Shown: positions 32,240 to 46,047 of the stretch, piece after piece
Numbering within the stretch: the stretch's first letter is position 1
Layout of the letters: every line of letters starts with the position of its first letter
Assembly (NCBI GenBank): GCA_963707985.1
Contig: CAVPRW010000045.1
Span: 224,001 to 288,000 of the forward strand
Source: an uncultured Nitrospinota bacterium
GTDB taxonomy: Bacteria > Tectomicrobia > Entotheonellia > J063 > CAVPRW01
Length of the DNA: 64,000 nt
Reading direction: 5' to 3'
Notes under the pieces: generated by a model
Seen by the model: only the letters and a program-made list of their open reading frames with translations
Databases searched by the model: none
Told to the model about the DNA's origin: nothing
Position numbers and translations under genes: made by a program

Positions 32240-32443
32240 GTGTCGTCAGTCATCCCACCTGTCCTCCGCCCGGCGATGGGGCCGTCCATAGGTGAGGCTG
32301 TGATCCTAATGTCAGTGCTCATCGCTTACCACCGTATATCTGCATGGTACAGGCTCTTGGACCCTCGAAGAGAGATGTTGACAAACATAGTACACAGAGT
32401 TGTAACAGGGCCGTGGAGAACGCCACAACACCCATTGATCTGA

Positions 32444-35109
<2,666 letters not shown>

Positions 35110-35144
35110 CTAGTATGAGCCTTCTTGCGAGCAATTAGGACGCC

Positions 35145-38100
35145 ATGCCCATGCAGATCGACAGTCTAACCCCGCGCTCGATGAATCGCTTGTCGGAGAA
35201 CCTGGAGGCGGATCTGGCCGTCTGGATGCAACCACTATCGGCCCGCGATCTGGCTCAGGGCCTGTCCACACTGCGGACGATTGGCCAGATGCTGCCCGAT
35301 CAGGACCAACTAGCGCGATGGCTCCCCATCATCGCCAAGCAGGCTATCGCCAGCTTCGATCCCGAGCGCGCGCTGAACAATTGGGAACGTTTTTTCCGGG
35401 CTCTTTCTAGCATCGAAGACTTTCTCGATCTGCTCGCCACTTCTCCTCGGCTTCCCGCCACCCTTTCAACACTCTTCGGAGGCAGCCAGTACCTCACTGA
35501 TATGGTCTTGCAAGACCCTTCGATCGTGGACTGGCTTGAAGTCGAAGGACGGCTCTACACGACCCGCAGCAAGGAGGAGATGGCACTCGATCTCGCTGAT
35601 TGATTGGAGCATGGGATATCGCTCGATGACCGGTTTCGGATGCTTCGGCAGTTTCCGAAAGCGCGAGATGGTGCGCATTGGTCTGCGCGACCTCACCCGT
35701 CAGGCGGACTGGTCGAGATCACCGAGGATCTTTCTAATCTCGCCGACGTATGTCTAGCAGGCGCCTATGAGGTGGGTTTTCAGGAGCTCGTAGGGCGCTA
35801 CGGCAGGCCGATGGGTGTTGACGACAGTGGACGCCCCCAGCCAAGCGAATTCGCCATTCTAGGCTTAGGGAAGCTCGGCGGGCAGGAGCTGAATTTCAGC
35901 TCTGATATCGATTTGATGTTTCTTTACACCTGTGATGGTGAGACCTCTAGCGGCGATGGCCGCGAGGGACGAGACCACCCAACGCATCACGAATCACGAG
36001 TTTTACACGCGTCTGGCACGCCTCATCCTCAAGGCGATCCATGATATCACGGCCGATGGCAATGTATACCGCGTCGATTTACGGCTGCGTCCCGATGGTC
36101 GCGGTGGCCACTCGTCAATTCTCTGGCCCATTTAGAGGTCTACTACGAATCCTGGGGTAAGACCTGGGAGCGCCAGATGCTTCTCAAAGCACGAACAGCG
36201 GCCGGTAGCGAGAAGCTTGGCCGCGAGTTCCTACGTATCATGCGGCCATTCATCTTCCGCAAATATTTAGACGCCGCCGCATTGCAAGAGATCAAACAGA
36301 TCAAAGAGCAAATCGACCGGAGCCTGGAACAACAGCGCGGCCGTGGCATTAATATCAAGCTCGGCCGCGGTGGAATTCGTGAGAGTCGAGTTTGTGGCGC
36401 AATGCTTTCAGCTCGTGTTCAGCGGGCAGGATAGCTGGTTGCAGGAGCGCCATTCACTCCGAGCCTTGCATCGAATTTCAGAGCGAGGTTATCTGACGTA
36501 CGAGGAATACTCCAATCTCGCTAAGGCCTATATGTTTTTCCGCGAGCTCGAGCATCGGATTCAGATGGCCCATGGTCGCCAGACCCATGAACTACCCACC
36601 GATGTCGATGAACTGGCGACACTCGCGCGTAAGATGGGACTGCGGGGGCAGTGATGCTGAGGGACTCGCGACGGTGCTGATGCAGCAATACCGGGAGCAC
36701 ACGACCAGAGTGCGCCAAGTCTATGACAAACTCTTTTACGGCGACTTTTTCGATGCTGGTGAAGATGCCTCTCCGGAATGGTACATCCTGGCCGCTGGAG
36801 TCAAAGCTGGTCAGACGCTCCTTAAGCAGTTCCAGTTCAATGACCTGGAGAAAACGTATCGCAATCTGATGCTGCTCCACGACGGACCGCCTTCGGTACA
36901 TCCCACGGCCAAGAGCCAAGAGCTCTTCCGCCAACTTTGTGGTGTACTGCTGCGGGTGGCAAGCGAGCAACCCGATCCAGACCTAGCCATCAACAATCTT
37001 GAGCAATTCGTCGCTAGCACCCCCGCTCGTGAATCACTGTTTCGGTTGTGGCTGGATAATGAAGCATTGTTGCGAGTCGTCCTCTCTCTGTTTGGGAACA
37101 GTGTCTTTCTCTCTAAACGTTTGATCCAGCAACCCGACCTGCTCGACACCCTACTCGATCCAGCGTCCTTAACCAGGCCGAAGACTATGGCGGAGTTACA
37201 TCACGGCCTGGAGTCGATCCTGTCTCGAGCCTCACGGTATGATGAGCGTCTCGATGTGGTGCGGCGTTTCAAGCGTGCCGAGGAGTTTCGCATCGGCTTG
37301 CGAGAGATCGCCGGTGAAGCAGATATCCTGGCGACTATGCGTGATCTCTCGACCTTAGCAGATGTCTACCTGGAGGCGATGCTGCGCATCGTCTGGGCGG
37401 AGTGGGCCAGGCCATTTGGGCTGCCAGAAAGCCCTGAGGGGCGGGGATTCTTGATTATCGGGCTCGGCAAACTGGGTGGAATGGAGCTCGATTTTGCCTC
37501 GGACTTGGACCTGCTCTTTGTGAACGAGGATGCATCCGACGCAACCCTTGTCCCGCAGCAATTCGCTTACAACAAGATTGCCGAGAAACTCATGCAAGCC
37601 ATTGGCGGCATGAGTCGCTACGGCACAGTGTTTCGGGTTGATTTGGGTTTGCGGCCGGAGGGCAATAAAGGTCCACTGGTGCTCAGTGTCGCCAGTCTCC
37701 ACGAATATTACTTGCGTCGCGGCCAGTTGTGGGAACGCCAGGCACTGCTGCGTGCGAGGCCTGTCGCTGGCGACCTAGCGTTGGCCCAACGCGTGATGCA
37801 GGTCATTGACGCATTCGTCTACGAAGGACCCATCGAGCCTAACAGCGTCGACAAAATCTCCGCGATGCGACAGCGAATCGAGCATGAACGGGCAAAACAG
37901 GGCAGGGTAGGGTGGGACATCAAGTTGGGGTATGGGGGGCTGGTCGATATCGAGTTTATTGTCCAACTACATCAACTCCTCTGGGGTGCACGCAGGCCGA
38001 CGCTGCGGCTGACATCGACGTGGGATGTGCTTGAGGCCTTGGAACGCCAGGAGCTCTTACCCCCCCCGACAGCCCAGAGTTTGCGGGAGGCATACTGCTT

Positions 38101-38383
38101 CTTGCGGCGAGTCGAGAGTGCCCTACGCATCTTCGACGATCGGTCCACCAATACCATTCCAGACGATCCGGGAAACCGGCGACGTTTAGCCCGGCGCCTG
38201 GGGTATCAAGACACCGGTAGAGTTCGCGCCGAGGAAGCCATGCTGGCTGATCTGCAGGCCTGCACAGCACGCATCCGAACATTATATGAAGAGCGTCTGC
38301 AGGAGCTCCGCAATCAACCCTCAAGCGGAACCTTCCTTCACCCCTCCGTTTCCCCTACCGCGGACGAGGGAACATGGGGATGA
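35145..38383 (+). CDS. glnE: Glutamine synthetase adenylyltransferase/adenylyl-removing enzyme; N-terminal half disrupted in this sequence
   Basis: Two nucleotidyltransferase modules (GLGKLGGQELNFSSDIDL...VDLRLRPDG and GLGKLGGMELDFASDLDL...WERQALLRAR, IKLGYGGLVDIEF); in-frame TGA at 35601-35603 and about six single-base indels up to ~36650. Confidence 0.9.
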
Positions 38384-38442
38384 AAGAATGACGGGAGCTG
38401 TTTCAGCCATGGTAGCGGTGCGGCTACTAATGGAGGAGATCT

Positions 38443-39231
38443 ATGGCTGAGTGGGCCTTGATTCTTGGGGCTTCGAGTGGGTTTGGTGAGGCTACTAGCT
38501 TAGCCTTGGCGAAGGGGGGATGGAATATTCTGGGAGTACATCTCGATCGCCGGGCAACGCTGCCAAACGTGCAGCGGATCATGCATGAGATTGAAGCCTT
38601 AGGCCGTCGCGTCGAGTTTTTCAACGTCAACGCCGCCGACGAAGAGAAGCGCAGGGAAGTCCTGGAGCGCGCTTCCCAAGTGTTGCAAGAGCAGGGTAAT
38701 AGTCAGATTCGTCTGCTCATGCACTCACTGGCCTTCGGCACGCTCAAGCCATTTCTAGCTGAGACGCCAGGGGACAGTATGACTAAAGCCCAGATGGACA
38801 TGACGCTCGACATTATGGCCCACAGCTTGGTGTACTGGGTACAAGGCCTAGTGTGGCGTAAGCTGATGGGGCGTGGCGGACGCATCTATGCCATGACGAG
38901 TGCCGGCAGCACACGGATCTTTCCAACGTATGGTGCGGTCTCAGCCGCCAAAGCTGCGCTCGAATCGCACATTCGGCAATTAGCCTATGAGTTGGCACCG
39001 CTGGGGATCACCATCAATGCCATCCGGGCTGGCGTGACCGACACCCCGGCTTTACGTAAGATTCCAGGGCATGAAAAGATGGTGGAAGTCGCTACCATGC
39101 GCAATCCAATGGGACGCTTGACGACGCCATCAGATGTGGCCGCAGCCATTGCGGTGTTGTCTCGGCAGGACACGCACTGGATCACGGGGACGGTGATCGG
39201 TGTGGACGGCGGTGAAGATATCGTCGCATAG
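38443..39231 (+). CDS. SDR oxidoreductase, enoyl-ACP reductase (FabL/FabI-like)
   Basis: ILGASSGFG; YGAVSAAK shows the Yx6K spacing of enoyl reductases. Confidence 0.75.
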   Translation: MAEWALILGASSGFGEATSLALAKGGWNILGVHLDRRATLPNVQRIMHEIEALGRRVEFFNVNAADEEKRREVLERASQVLQEQGNSQIRLLMHSLAFGTLKPFLAETPGDSMTKAQMDMTLDIMAHSLVYWVQGLVWRKLMGRGGRIYAMTSAGSTRIFPTYGAVSAAKAALESHIRQLAYELAPLGITINAIRAGVTDTPALRKIPGHEKMVEVATMRNPMGRLTTPSDVAAAIAVLSRQDTHWITGTVIGVDGGEDIVA

Positions 39232-39297
39232 CTAATCCGCTCCTCCCCCCTTGGGTGGAGGAAATCCGACTTCGCTTTCCCTGTCATTCTTATAAGG

Positions 39298-39691
39298 GTG
39301 GAGCGCCAGGTGATGTGGTATGTGGCGGTTGTGATCGCTCTCATGGTGTTGGGAATCGTCCTCCGCTTTGCGGTGTTCTCCTCCACTCCCCGCGCCATCA
39401 CCTCACTCGCTGACGCCGAGCACCTGGTGGATTATCACATCGGTGCGGCCAACCGCCGCCTCCGCCGTGAAGCCTGGATGCTCACCTTCGTCGTCTCTCA
39501 TCTTGACCTGGAGAAACGCACAGTGTCGGTGCGTATCGGCATCAATTATGGCCAACGTGGATATCCGGACTATATTGGACGATTTCAGCAGATGTGGGCT
39601 AATGCACGCATCATGCTACAAGCGAAGGAAAAGATCACTGCGGCATTTGCGAAAGCGGGCTTTTCAGGCCGAAGTCGAGACCTTTACCTAG
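39298..39691 (+). CDS. Hypothetical membrane-anchored protein; probable T-run indel near 39662
   Basis: N-terminal TM. Removing one T gives ..AGFQAEVETFT* with a clean CTAG stop overlap with nth; the called ORF ends at 39705. Confidence 0.55.
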
Positions 39692-40386
39692 GTAGGACGC
39701 GGTAAGGAGGGACCTCTGGCTGAGGGACAGAGGTCATTGACCGGACACACCGAGCACTTCGGTGCCCTAGCCGCACAAATCCGACGGCCATGCAGGATGA
39801 GCAAATGTCCGACGATGATCCAGTCCTCCTGCGGCACTAGTTGGAGAAGATCCTGTTCGATTTTATCGGGATCAGTGTGCTTCGTGAGTCCTAAGCGCCC
39901 GCTGAGTCGCCGCACATGCGTATCGACAACAATCCCTTCCGCCATCTCATAGGCATTGCCTAAAATAACGTTGGCGGTTTTGCGCCCTACTCCGGGAAGT
40001 TGCACCAGCGCAGCCATGTTCGATGGCACTTCCCCACCGTAGCATGCCACAAGCTCTGCACAACAACCTTGCAAGGCCCTAGCTTTATTGCGGTAGAAGC
40101 CGGTTGATTTAATATCCTCTTCGAGTTCTCCAGGTGGTGCCCCCGCATAGTCGCTGGCCGTTCGGTATTTTTTGAATAATGATTCGGTGACGCGGTTTAC
40201 CCGCTCATCAGTACATTGGGCGGAGAGCACAGTGGCAACGAGCAATTCCAAGGGATTGGCGTAATTTAGCGAGCAGCGGGCATCGGGGTGAGCCGCTTTC
40301 AGCCGACCGATGAGTTGTCGGGTGCGCTTCCGTTGCTGGGACAGTGTTTCCTGCCGTGTCAGGGCAGGCTGTGTGTGTCGAGCCAT
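39688..40386 (-). CDS. nth: Endonuclease III
   Basis: LSAQCTDERVN, HhH LPGVGRKTAN, VDTHV, Cx6Cx2Cx5C Fe-S motif. Confidence 0.95.
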   Translation of the reverse strand: MARHTQPALTRQETLSQQRKRTRQLIGRLKAAHPDARCSLNYANPLELLVATVLSAQCTDERVNRVTESLFKKYRTASDYAGAPPGELEEDIKSTGFYRNKARALQGCCAELVACYGGEVPSNMAALVQLPGVGRKTANVILGNAYEMAEGIVVDTHVRRLSGRLGLTKHTDPDKIEQDLLQLVPQEDWIIVGHLLILHGRRICAARAPKCSVCPVNDLCPSARGPSLPRPT

Positions 40387-40405
40387 GTCGCGAACCTTGC
40401 TCCTC

Positions 40406-40801
40406 TCATTCGGGAATGTGATAATAGTCGCGCAGTGCACGCAGGAGTGATGGTGCAGGGTCAACGATTGGACGCTTGGAACGGATCAATTCAATGGCCT
40501 CATCGAGAGACATGCCGCACTCATAAAGATAGGCGGCGCCGATCACACACGACCGACTGATACCCTCTGCACAGTGGATCAGGACACGTCGCCCCGAGCG
40601 CAACTGCTCATGGATGAACTGGGTACATTCACCGATCAACCCCAGCGGTTGGATATATACACCATCCGGGAAGTAGAGATAACGATAGACGCGGGTTGTG
40701 GGATAGTGGAACTCGCTTATATTCAGGATCGCGTCCACTGGTGGGTCAGCTTGCGCCTCCCGCACGTTGCCCAAAGCCAGCCTGGATAGGATGTAATCCA
40801 T
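40406..40801 (-). CDS. Dual-specificity (Cys-based) protein phosphatase family
   Basis: HCAEGISRS (CX5R) and AIELIRSKRP. Confidence 0.85.
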   Translation of the reverse strand: MDYILSRLALGNVREAQADPPVDAILNISEFHYPTTRVYRYLYFPDGVYIQPLGLIGECTQFIHEQLRSGRRVLIHCAEGISRSCVIGAAYLYECGMSLDEAIELIRSKRPIVDPAPSLLRALRDYYHIPE

Positions 40802-40898
40802 ACAGCCCCTCGCATAGGTTTGCACCGGGCAGTGACCAACCCATGCGGCCATCCACTCTGCAGATGTGGTGAGGTACACGCGCCCGGAACGCGCCCCT

Positions 40899-42639
40899 TC
40901 ATGGATGCTTACACACGATGTTCAAGATTGCCTGTCGCTTTTCCTGGCGTACCGCGTTCAGTCCCCGTCGCAAAGCGGGTAGGACCCTCGGCTGGGTCCT
41001 CGACTAACTCACCATACGCGTCGTGAACGTCAGCCATGCGCTCAAAGGACGGCGACGGCATCAATTCAGTCAAGGGCCAGGTGTTGGTCTTGGCCGCCCA
41101 GCCATGGGGATATACGCCTTTGGTCGCCCGTTTAACTGCGTTCCAGCATTGATTATTGAAGATCACGAATAATACTGGAAGCTGGTAGGCACGGGAGACA
41201 AAGTGTGCCGCCGTTGGGCAGCCAAACATGTATGCCCCCTCGCCCAAGGTGGCAATGACCGTCTTTTCGGGGGATGCCAGCTTCACACCCAGCGCAGCGC
41301 CGGTGCCCCAGCCTAAGCCAGCTGCCGGGGAAGCCGCATAATAGGAGCCCGGCCGCGTGAGCTGCACCTGCGTCAGGTTGAGATCATACTCGTTCACCAG
41401 AATCGTTGCGTCATCTTGCACTTGATCGATGCAGTGCGACACCCATTCGAACTCGATTGGTCGTTCGGACTGGACTTGGGTGAGGCGATCCCGTGCAGCT
41501 CGTTCCTGGCCCTCGTGGTGGATGATGATGTGTTTGAAGCGCTCGACGATGGTGCGCTCTGCATGCATCCGCGAGCGTGCCAACTCTTGGGTCAGCACCG
41601 GAATCGCTATTGACGAATCAGCCACAATCGGAATGTCACAGGGATAACCACGTATCGGATAACGGCTGAAGAAGGGGTCAATGCCCATATGGATGACAGT
41701 GGCGGTGTCCTGCGGTTTCACCGTGGCTGGGAACCAGGGAATATCGGCATCGATGACCAGGATGACATCGGCTTCCTGCACCAGCGGCTCGGAGACATAT
41801 CCCAAATGCAAGGGGTGATTGCTTGGGAAGTTCATATACATCCCGGCCGGGCTTACCACGGGGATCGCGAAGCTCTCCGCCAGCTCCAGTAGGTATTTGA
41901 CCGTGCTCGGATGCATACCAACGCGTTGGGTCACTATCAGGGGGGATTGGGCGCTGGCCAATGCTTGCGCCGCCTCTTTGATGGGCTCAAGGGCGGGATA
42001 GAGCGGCGACTCAGTGCTATGGCGACTGGGCGAGGTGTAGCTAAATTCCGTGTGTTCCTCGGCCAGGACTTCGCGCCGCAACGTCAGATATACCGGACCC
42101 CGCGGTTCCGCCATGGCGATTTCCAGCGCCCGGTCGACTACAGTCTCGACCTGGGCGAAGTTGTGGAGTTCGTAGTCCCACTTGACGAATTCCCTCACCA
42201 GGCTTCCTTGGTCGAAGGACTCCTGTGCCCAGTGGATATGGGCATTCCGTGCCCCTCTCAGCCCTGACTCGGTGATGGGGGTGCGACCGGCCGAGAAGAG
42301 GATTGGTATGTGTGCCCGTGCCGCATTCATAATCGCACCAGCCGCGTTGGCGGTTCCGACAATCACATGTACCATGACGGCTTGCGGTCGACCGGTAACT
42401 CGATAGAAGCCATCAGCCATGCTGACCGCCACATACTCGTGTGGCACGGTCATGGGCTTGGGGGTTTTGCCTCCCTGCGATGCCGACTTGGCGAAGGCCT
42501 CAACGAGCGGCGCGAAGTCGGTCCCCCCATTACCGAAAAAGTATTCGATGCCGCGGTCACGTAGCAGTTCCAGATAGGCTTCGGCTGTGCTGTCGATGGC
42601 GATCGTACGTGTGGATGGCTTTTTGTTGCGTGATGGCAT
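40899..42639 (-). CDS. Thiamine pyrophosphate-dependent enzyme (acetolactate synthase-like); extra base near 40986
   Basis: NGGTDFAP, VPHE, GEG...FNN ThDP motif; corrected C-terminus ..VLPALRRGLNAVRQEKRQAILNIVCKHP*. Confidence 0.88.
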
Positions 42640-42789
42640 CAACGATCCCTCGCTCATCACAGACGATCAACGAAAAAACTCTAGAACATTCAATTAGAAC
42701 CGGGCTGAGTCGGCAGTAGAATACCATCCCTCTTCCAATTGTCAAGCGTGCCTCATTGTCGGCCCGCGTTGTGTGTACTGCCTCATATG

Positions 42790-43140
42790 GTAATCCGCGA
42801 AGCAGCCGAGGTAGACAGCATCTCATGGGATGCTGTCTACCTCGGCTGTATGAGAGGAGCCGTCTATGCCGCGATAAAGGCGGCGATCATTGCTTGTCTG
42901 CAGACGCTGGCTCGCCAGCATGCGCGCGATGCTATATGCTTCCACGGTGTATACCCCGGACCAACACAGACCCGACTGGTCTAGGAGATGCAACACCAAG
43001 AGTATGGCCGCCGAGTGCTGGGACGTCTGGAGCGGTATATATCGCCTAGGTGCCTGGCAAAATTGGAAAGTATCGCCGACGGCGTTGGCGTCATCACTGG
43101 GCAGGTAAGCAGTTTGAGCGCTGGGTTGACCATGGTGGAA
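42790..43140 (+). pseudogene. Decayed C-terminal half of an SDR oxidoreductase
   Basis: One frame reads SISWDA..GAVYAAIK (YxxxK)..TLARQHAR..VYPGPTQT.*..ITGQVSSLSAGLTM with a TAG at 42982-42984; no N-terminal Rossmann motif. Confidence 0.7.
42803..42848. repeat. Perfect 20-bp inverted repeat with 6-nt loop
   Basis: cagccgaggtagacagcatc-tcatgg-gatgctgtctacctcggctg. Confidence 0.95.
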
Positions 43141-43146
43141 TGTCGA

Positions 43147-43923
43147 CTAGCCTGCCGAGAGGCCGCCATCTACCGACCACGCCGCACCGTTCACGAACGA
43201 TGACTCGTCGGAGGCGAGGAAAAGGACGACCTTGGCCACTTCCGCAGGCTGCCCGAACCGGCCGACAGGATGACGCTCTTCATAGGACTCGATCAACGCC
43301 TGCTTGCGGTCATCGTCACCAAGGGAACGGTAGGTCAGGAGTTGGTCGGCCATCTGTGTCCCGATGATCCCAGGACAAATGCAGTTAACGCGAATGCCGT
43401 AGCGACCGAAATCGACGGCCATGCACTTGGTGAGCAATAGCACCGCTCCTTTCGATGCATGATAGGCAGCACTCATCGGGCTACCGCGCAGCGCTGCCAC
43501 CGATGCCGCATTGATGATCGATCCACTTTCCTGGCGCATCATCTGCTGGACCGCATACCGGGAGACGAGGTAAATGCCCTTCACATTCACGCTCATCGTC
43601 CGGTCCCAATCTTCTTCATTGATGTCGAGGATAGTCCCACCGCGCCAGATGCCGGCGTTGTTGAAGAGCACATCCAGTCGACCATAGCTGTCCACGGCCC
43701 TTTTCACCATAGCCTCAGCATGCGTACTGGAAGTGACATCGCCGCCTATAAACACCGCCTCACCACCCGCACGGTTGATGAGTTGCGCGGTCTCCTGTGC
43801 GGTATCGGCATTAACATCCTGCACCACCACCCTGGCGCCTTCCTGCGCCAACAGCATGACGGTAGCACGGCCGATCCCGACGCCGGAACCAGTGACCAAG
43901 GCAACCCTATTGGTCAGTCGCAT
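43147..43923 (-). CDS. SDR family oxidoreductase
   Basis: TGSGVGIG, NNAG, YHASK, VDGG. Confidence 0.92.
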   Translation of the reverse strand: MRLTNRVALVTGSGVGIGRATVMLLAQEGARVVVQDVNADTAQETAQLINRAGGEAVFIGGDVTSSTHAEAMVKRAVDSYGRLDVLFNNAGIWRGGTILDINEEDWDRTMSVNVKGIYLVSRYAVQQMMRQESGSIINAASVAALRGSPMSAAYHASKGAVLLLTKCMAVDFGRYGIRVNCICPGIIGTQMADQLLTYRSLGDDDRKQALIESYEERHPVGRFGQPAEVAKVVLFLASDESSFVNGAAWSVDGGLSAG

Positions 43924-44062
43924 GAGTGACTCCCATGGGGAATTCATAAAGGCAATTCATGTAAAAAAATTGGCAGCGTATGGTCGTCATCAGGCTCGTG
44001 TTCTTTGCCAGCAGATTTACAGCAAAAGTTCGTCATGGCCTTGCTGCCGGCTTGCCTGTTTC

Positions 44063-45253
44063 CTATGTCTGCTGACGTGTACTCAGATACGCGCGGGCTT
44101 GTGCTTCAGCTGCTTGATAAATTGATTTCAGGGGTACGCCACATTGACGCGCCGCTTGGCGGCAAGATTCGTACTCGGGGGAGATTTGTACCACCTGGTC
44201 ACGCCATTGGCCGACCTTCACCGCAATCGGGCCGAATGGCGTATCCACTGTCTGTGAAAAGCGCGCGAGCTTCTGGCGTCGGACTTCGTAGGTGCGCACG
44301 CCAAACGTCGAAGTATTCTGAAACAGCGTATCGACGACCGCATCCACTTTGCCAGTCTCACAGAGCACCGTGAGCTTCGTCGCTGGACGATTCTTCTTCA
44401 TGAAGATTGGCGTGTAGAAGACATCAAGAGCGCCCTGCGCAAATAGTTGTTCCTGGGCATATTCAAACCATTCGGGGTTCATGTCGTCGAGGTTGGCTTC
44501 CAGCACTGTGATGATATCGGCATCGCCTCGTATGCCATCCTCACCGATAAAAACACGCAAGAGATTCGGGGCATGTATGAGATCTTTAGTGCCAGCTCCG
44601 TAGCCAATTTCTCCAATCTGCAGATGTGGGAGTGGCCCGAAGCGCTCAGCGAGCGTGGCCAGTAAAGCCGCGCCGGTTGGGGTGGTCAGCTCGCCGTCCT
44701 GACCCTGGGCATAGGTTGGAGCTCCCTTCAGGAGCTCGGCTGTTGCCGGATCGGGAACGGGGAGCACGCCATGAGCAGCCCATACGAAACCGTTACCGAC
44801 ATTAACTGCAGAGGCGAGAACGCGCTCTACTCCAAGGAGGTCGAGCCCGATGACTGCCCCTGTGATGTCGATGATCGAATTGATGGCTCCCACCTCAAGG
44901 AAATGAACCTGGTCGATAGTCGTGTAATGGACAGTGGCTTCGGCCTCGGCCAGACGGGTGAATACCGCCAGGGCGCGATCCTGGATAGGCGACGCCAGAG
45001 TGCTCCTGCGCAAGATGGTCTCGATGTCGAGCAAACGGCGTTGTTGCGTCCCCTGATTACGCACGTATACATGGAATTTCGTGCCGGCGATGCCCTGTTT
45101 GGTGACCTTCTCGCTGGCGAGCTCGTACCCTGGAACATTCAGCCTTGCCAACTGCACTCGCAGCTCCTCAAAGCTCGCACCAGCATCGACCAACGCCCCA
45201 ACCGTCATGTCCCCGCTGATCCCGGAAAAGCAGTCAAAGTATGCGGTTCTCAT
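44063..45253 (-). CDS. larC: Nickel pincer cofactor nickel insertase LarC (divergent motifs)
   Basis: YFDCFSGISGDM, ELTTPTGAA, LEANLDD, MKKNRP, PEYE. Confidence 0.88.
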   Translation of the reverse strand: MRTAYFDCFSGISGDMTVGALVDAGASFEELRVQLARLNVPGYELASEKVTKQGIAGTKFHVYVRNQGTQQRRLLDIETILRRSTLASPIQDRALAVFTRLAEAEATVHYTTIDQVHFLEVGAINSIIDITGAVIGLDLLGVERVLASAVNVGNGFVWAAHGVLPVPDPATAELLKGAPTYAQGQDGELTTPTGAALLATLAERFGPLPHLQIGEIGYGAGTKDLIHAPNLLRVFIGEDGIRGDADIITVLEANLDDMNPEWFEYAQEQLFAQGALDVFYTPIFMKKNRPATKLTVLCETGKVDAVVDTLFQNTSTFGVRTYEVRRQKLARFSQTVDTPFGPIAVKVGQWRDQVVQISPEYESCRQAARQCGVPLKSIYQAAEAQARAYLSTRQQT

Positions 45254-45255
45254 AG

Positions 45256-46047
45256 CTATGCCTGCACCTCTGACTCCCCCAAAACGTTGATGCTATGGGC
45301 TATATAGCCAGCCCCGAAACCATTATCGATGTTGACTGTGGCGACGCCCGCAGCACAGCTATTGAGCATGGTGAGTAAGGCAGCAATCCCTCCGAAACTG
45401 GCGCCATAACCGATGCTTGTGGGTACGGCAATGACTGGCTTGTCAACGAGGCCGCCGACGACACTGGCGAGAGCTCCCTCCATCCCCGCCACAACGATCA
45501 GGACGCGTGCCTGAAATAGCTTTTCACGCCGATCTAGGAGGCGGTGGATGCCTGCGACCCCCACATCGTAGAGGCGTTCCGTCGTGCTCCCCATGGTCTC
45601 TGCCGTAATCGCTGCTTCTTCAGCAACGGGGATGTCCGACGTCCCTGCACTCACGACCAGCACCATACCTTTGGTACGTGGGCGGTCCTCAGATTGCACG
45701 ACGATGGCGCGTCCCTGAACATGATACAGCGCCTCCGGAAAAACCTCCCTGACGGCGGCGAACATGTCTGGGCTGGCGCGGGTAGCGAGCACATCGCTTC
45801 CAGAGCCTCGGATATGCTGCACAATCTGACACACTTGTTCCACCGTCTTGCCCTGACAGAACACTACTTCGGGGAATCCTTGCCGCAGGCCCCGATGGTG
45901 GTCGATTTGCGCAAATCCAAGGTCCTCATAAGGTAAGTGACGAAGGACTTCCAGTCCCTCCTCCGGTGTCGTCCGTTGATGGTGAATATCTTCCAATAAT
46001 TTACGCAAGAGGTGTGTTTGCAAGGTTTCGATTTGACCCACTTGCAT
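45256..46047 (-). CDS. larB: Nickel pincer cofactor biosynthesis protein LarB
   Basis: AGTSDIPVAEEA, DVGVAGIHRL, AGMEGAL, NSCA, VNIDNGFGA. Confidence 0.93.
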   Translation of the reverse strand: MQVGQIETLQTHLLRKLLEDIHHQRTTPEEGLEVLRHLPYEDLGFAQIDHHRGLRQGFPEVVFCQGKTVEQVCQIVQHIRGSGSDVLATRASPDMFAAVREVFPEALYHVQGRAIVVQSEDRPRTKGMVLVVSAGTSDIPVAEEAAITAETMGSTTERLYDVGVAGIHRLLDRREKLFQARVLIVVAGMEGALASVVGGLVDKPVIAVPTSIGYGASFGGIAALLTMLNSCAAGVATVNIDNGFGAGYIAHSINVLGESEVQA

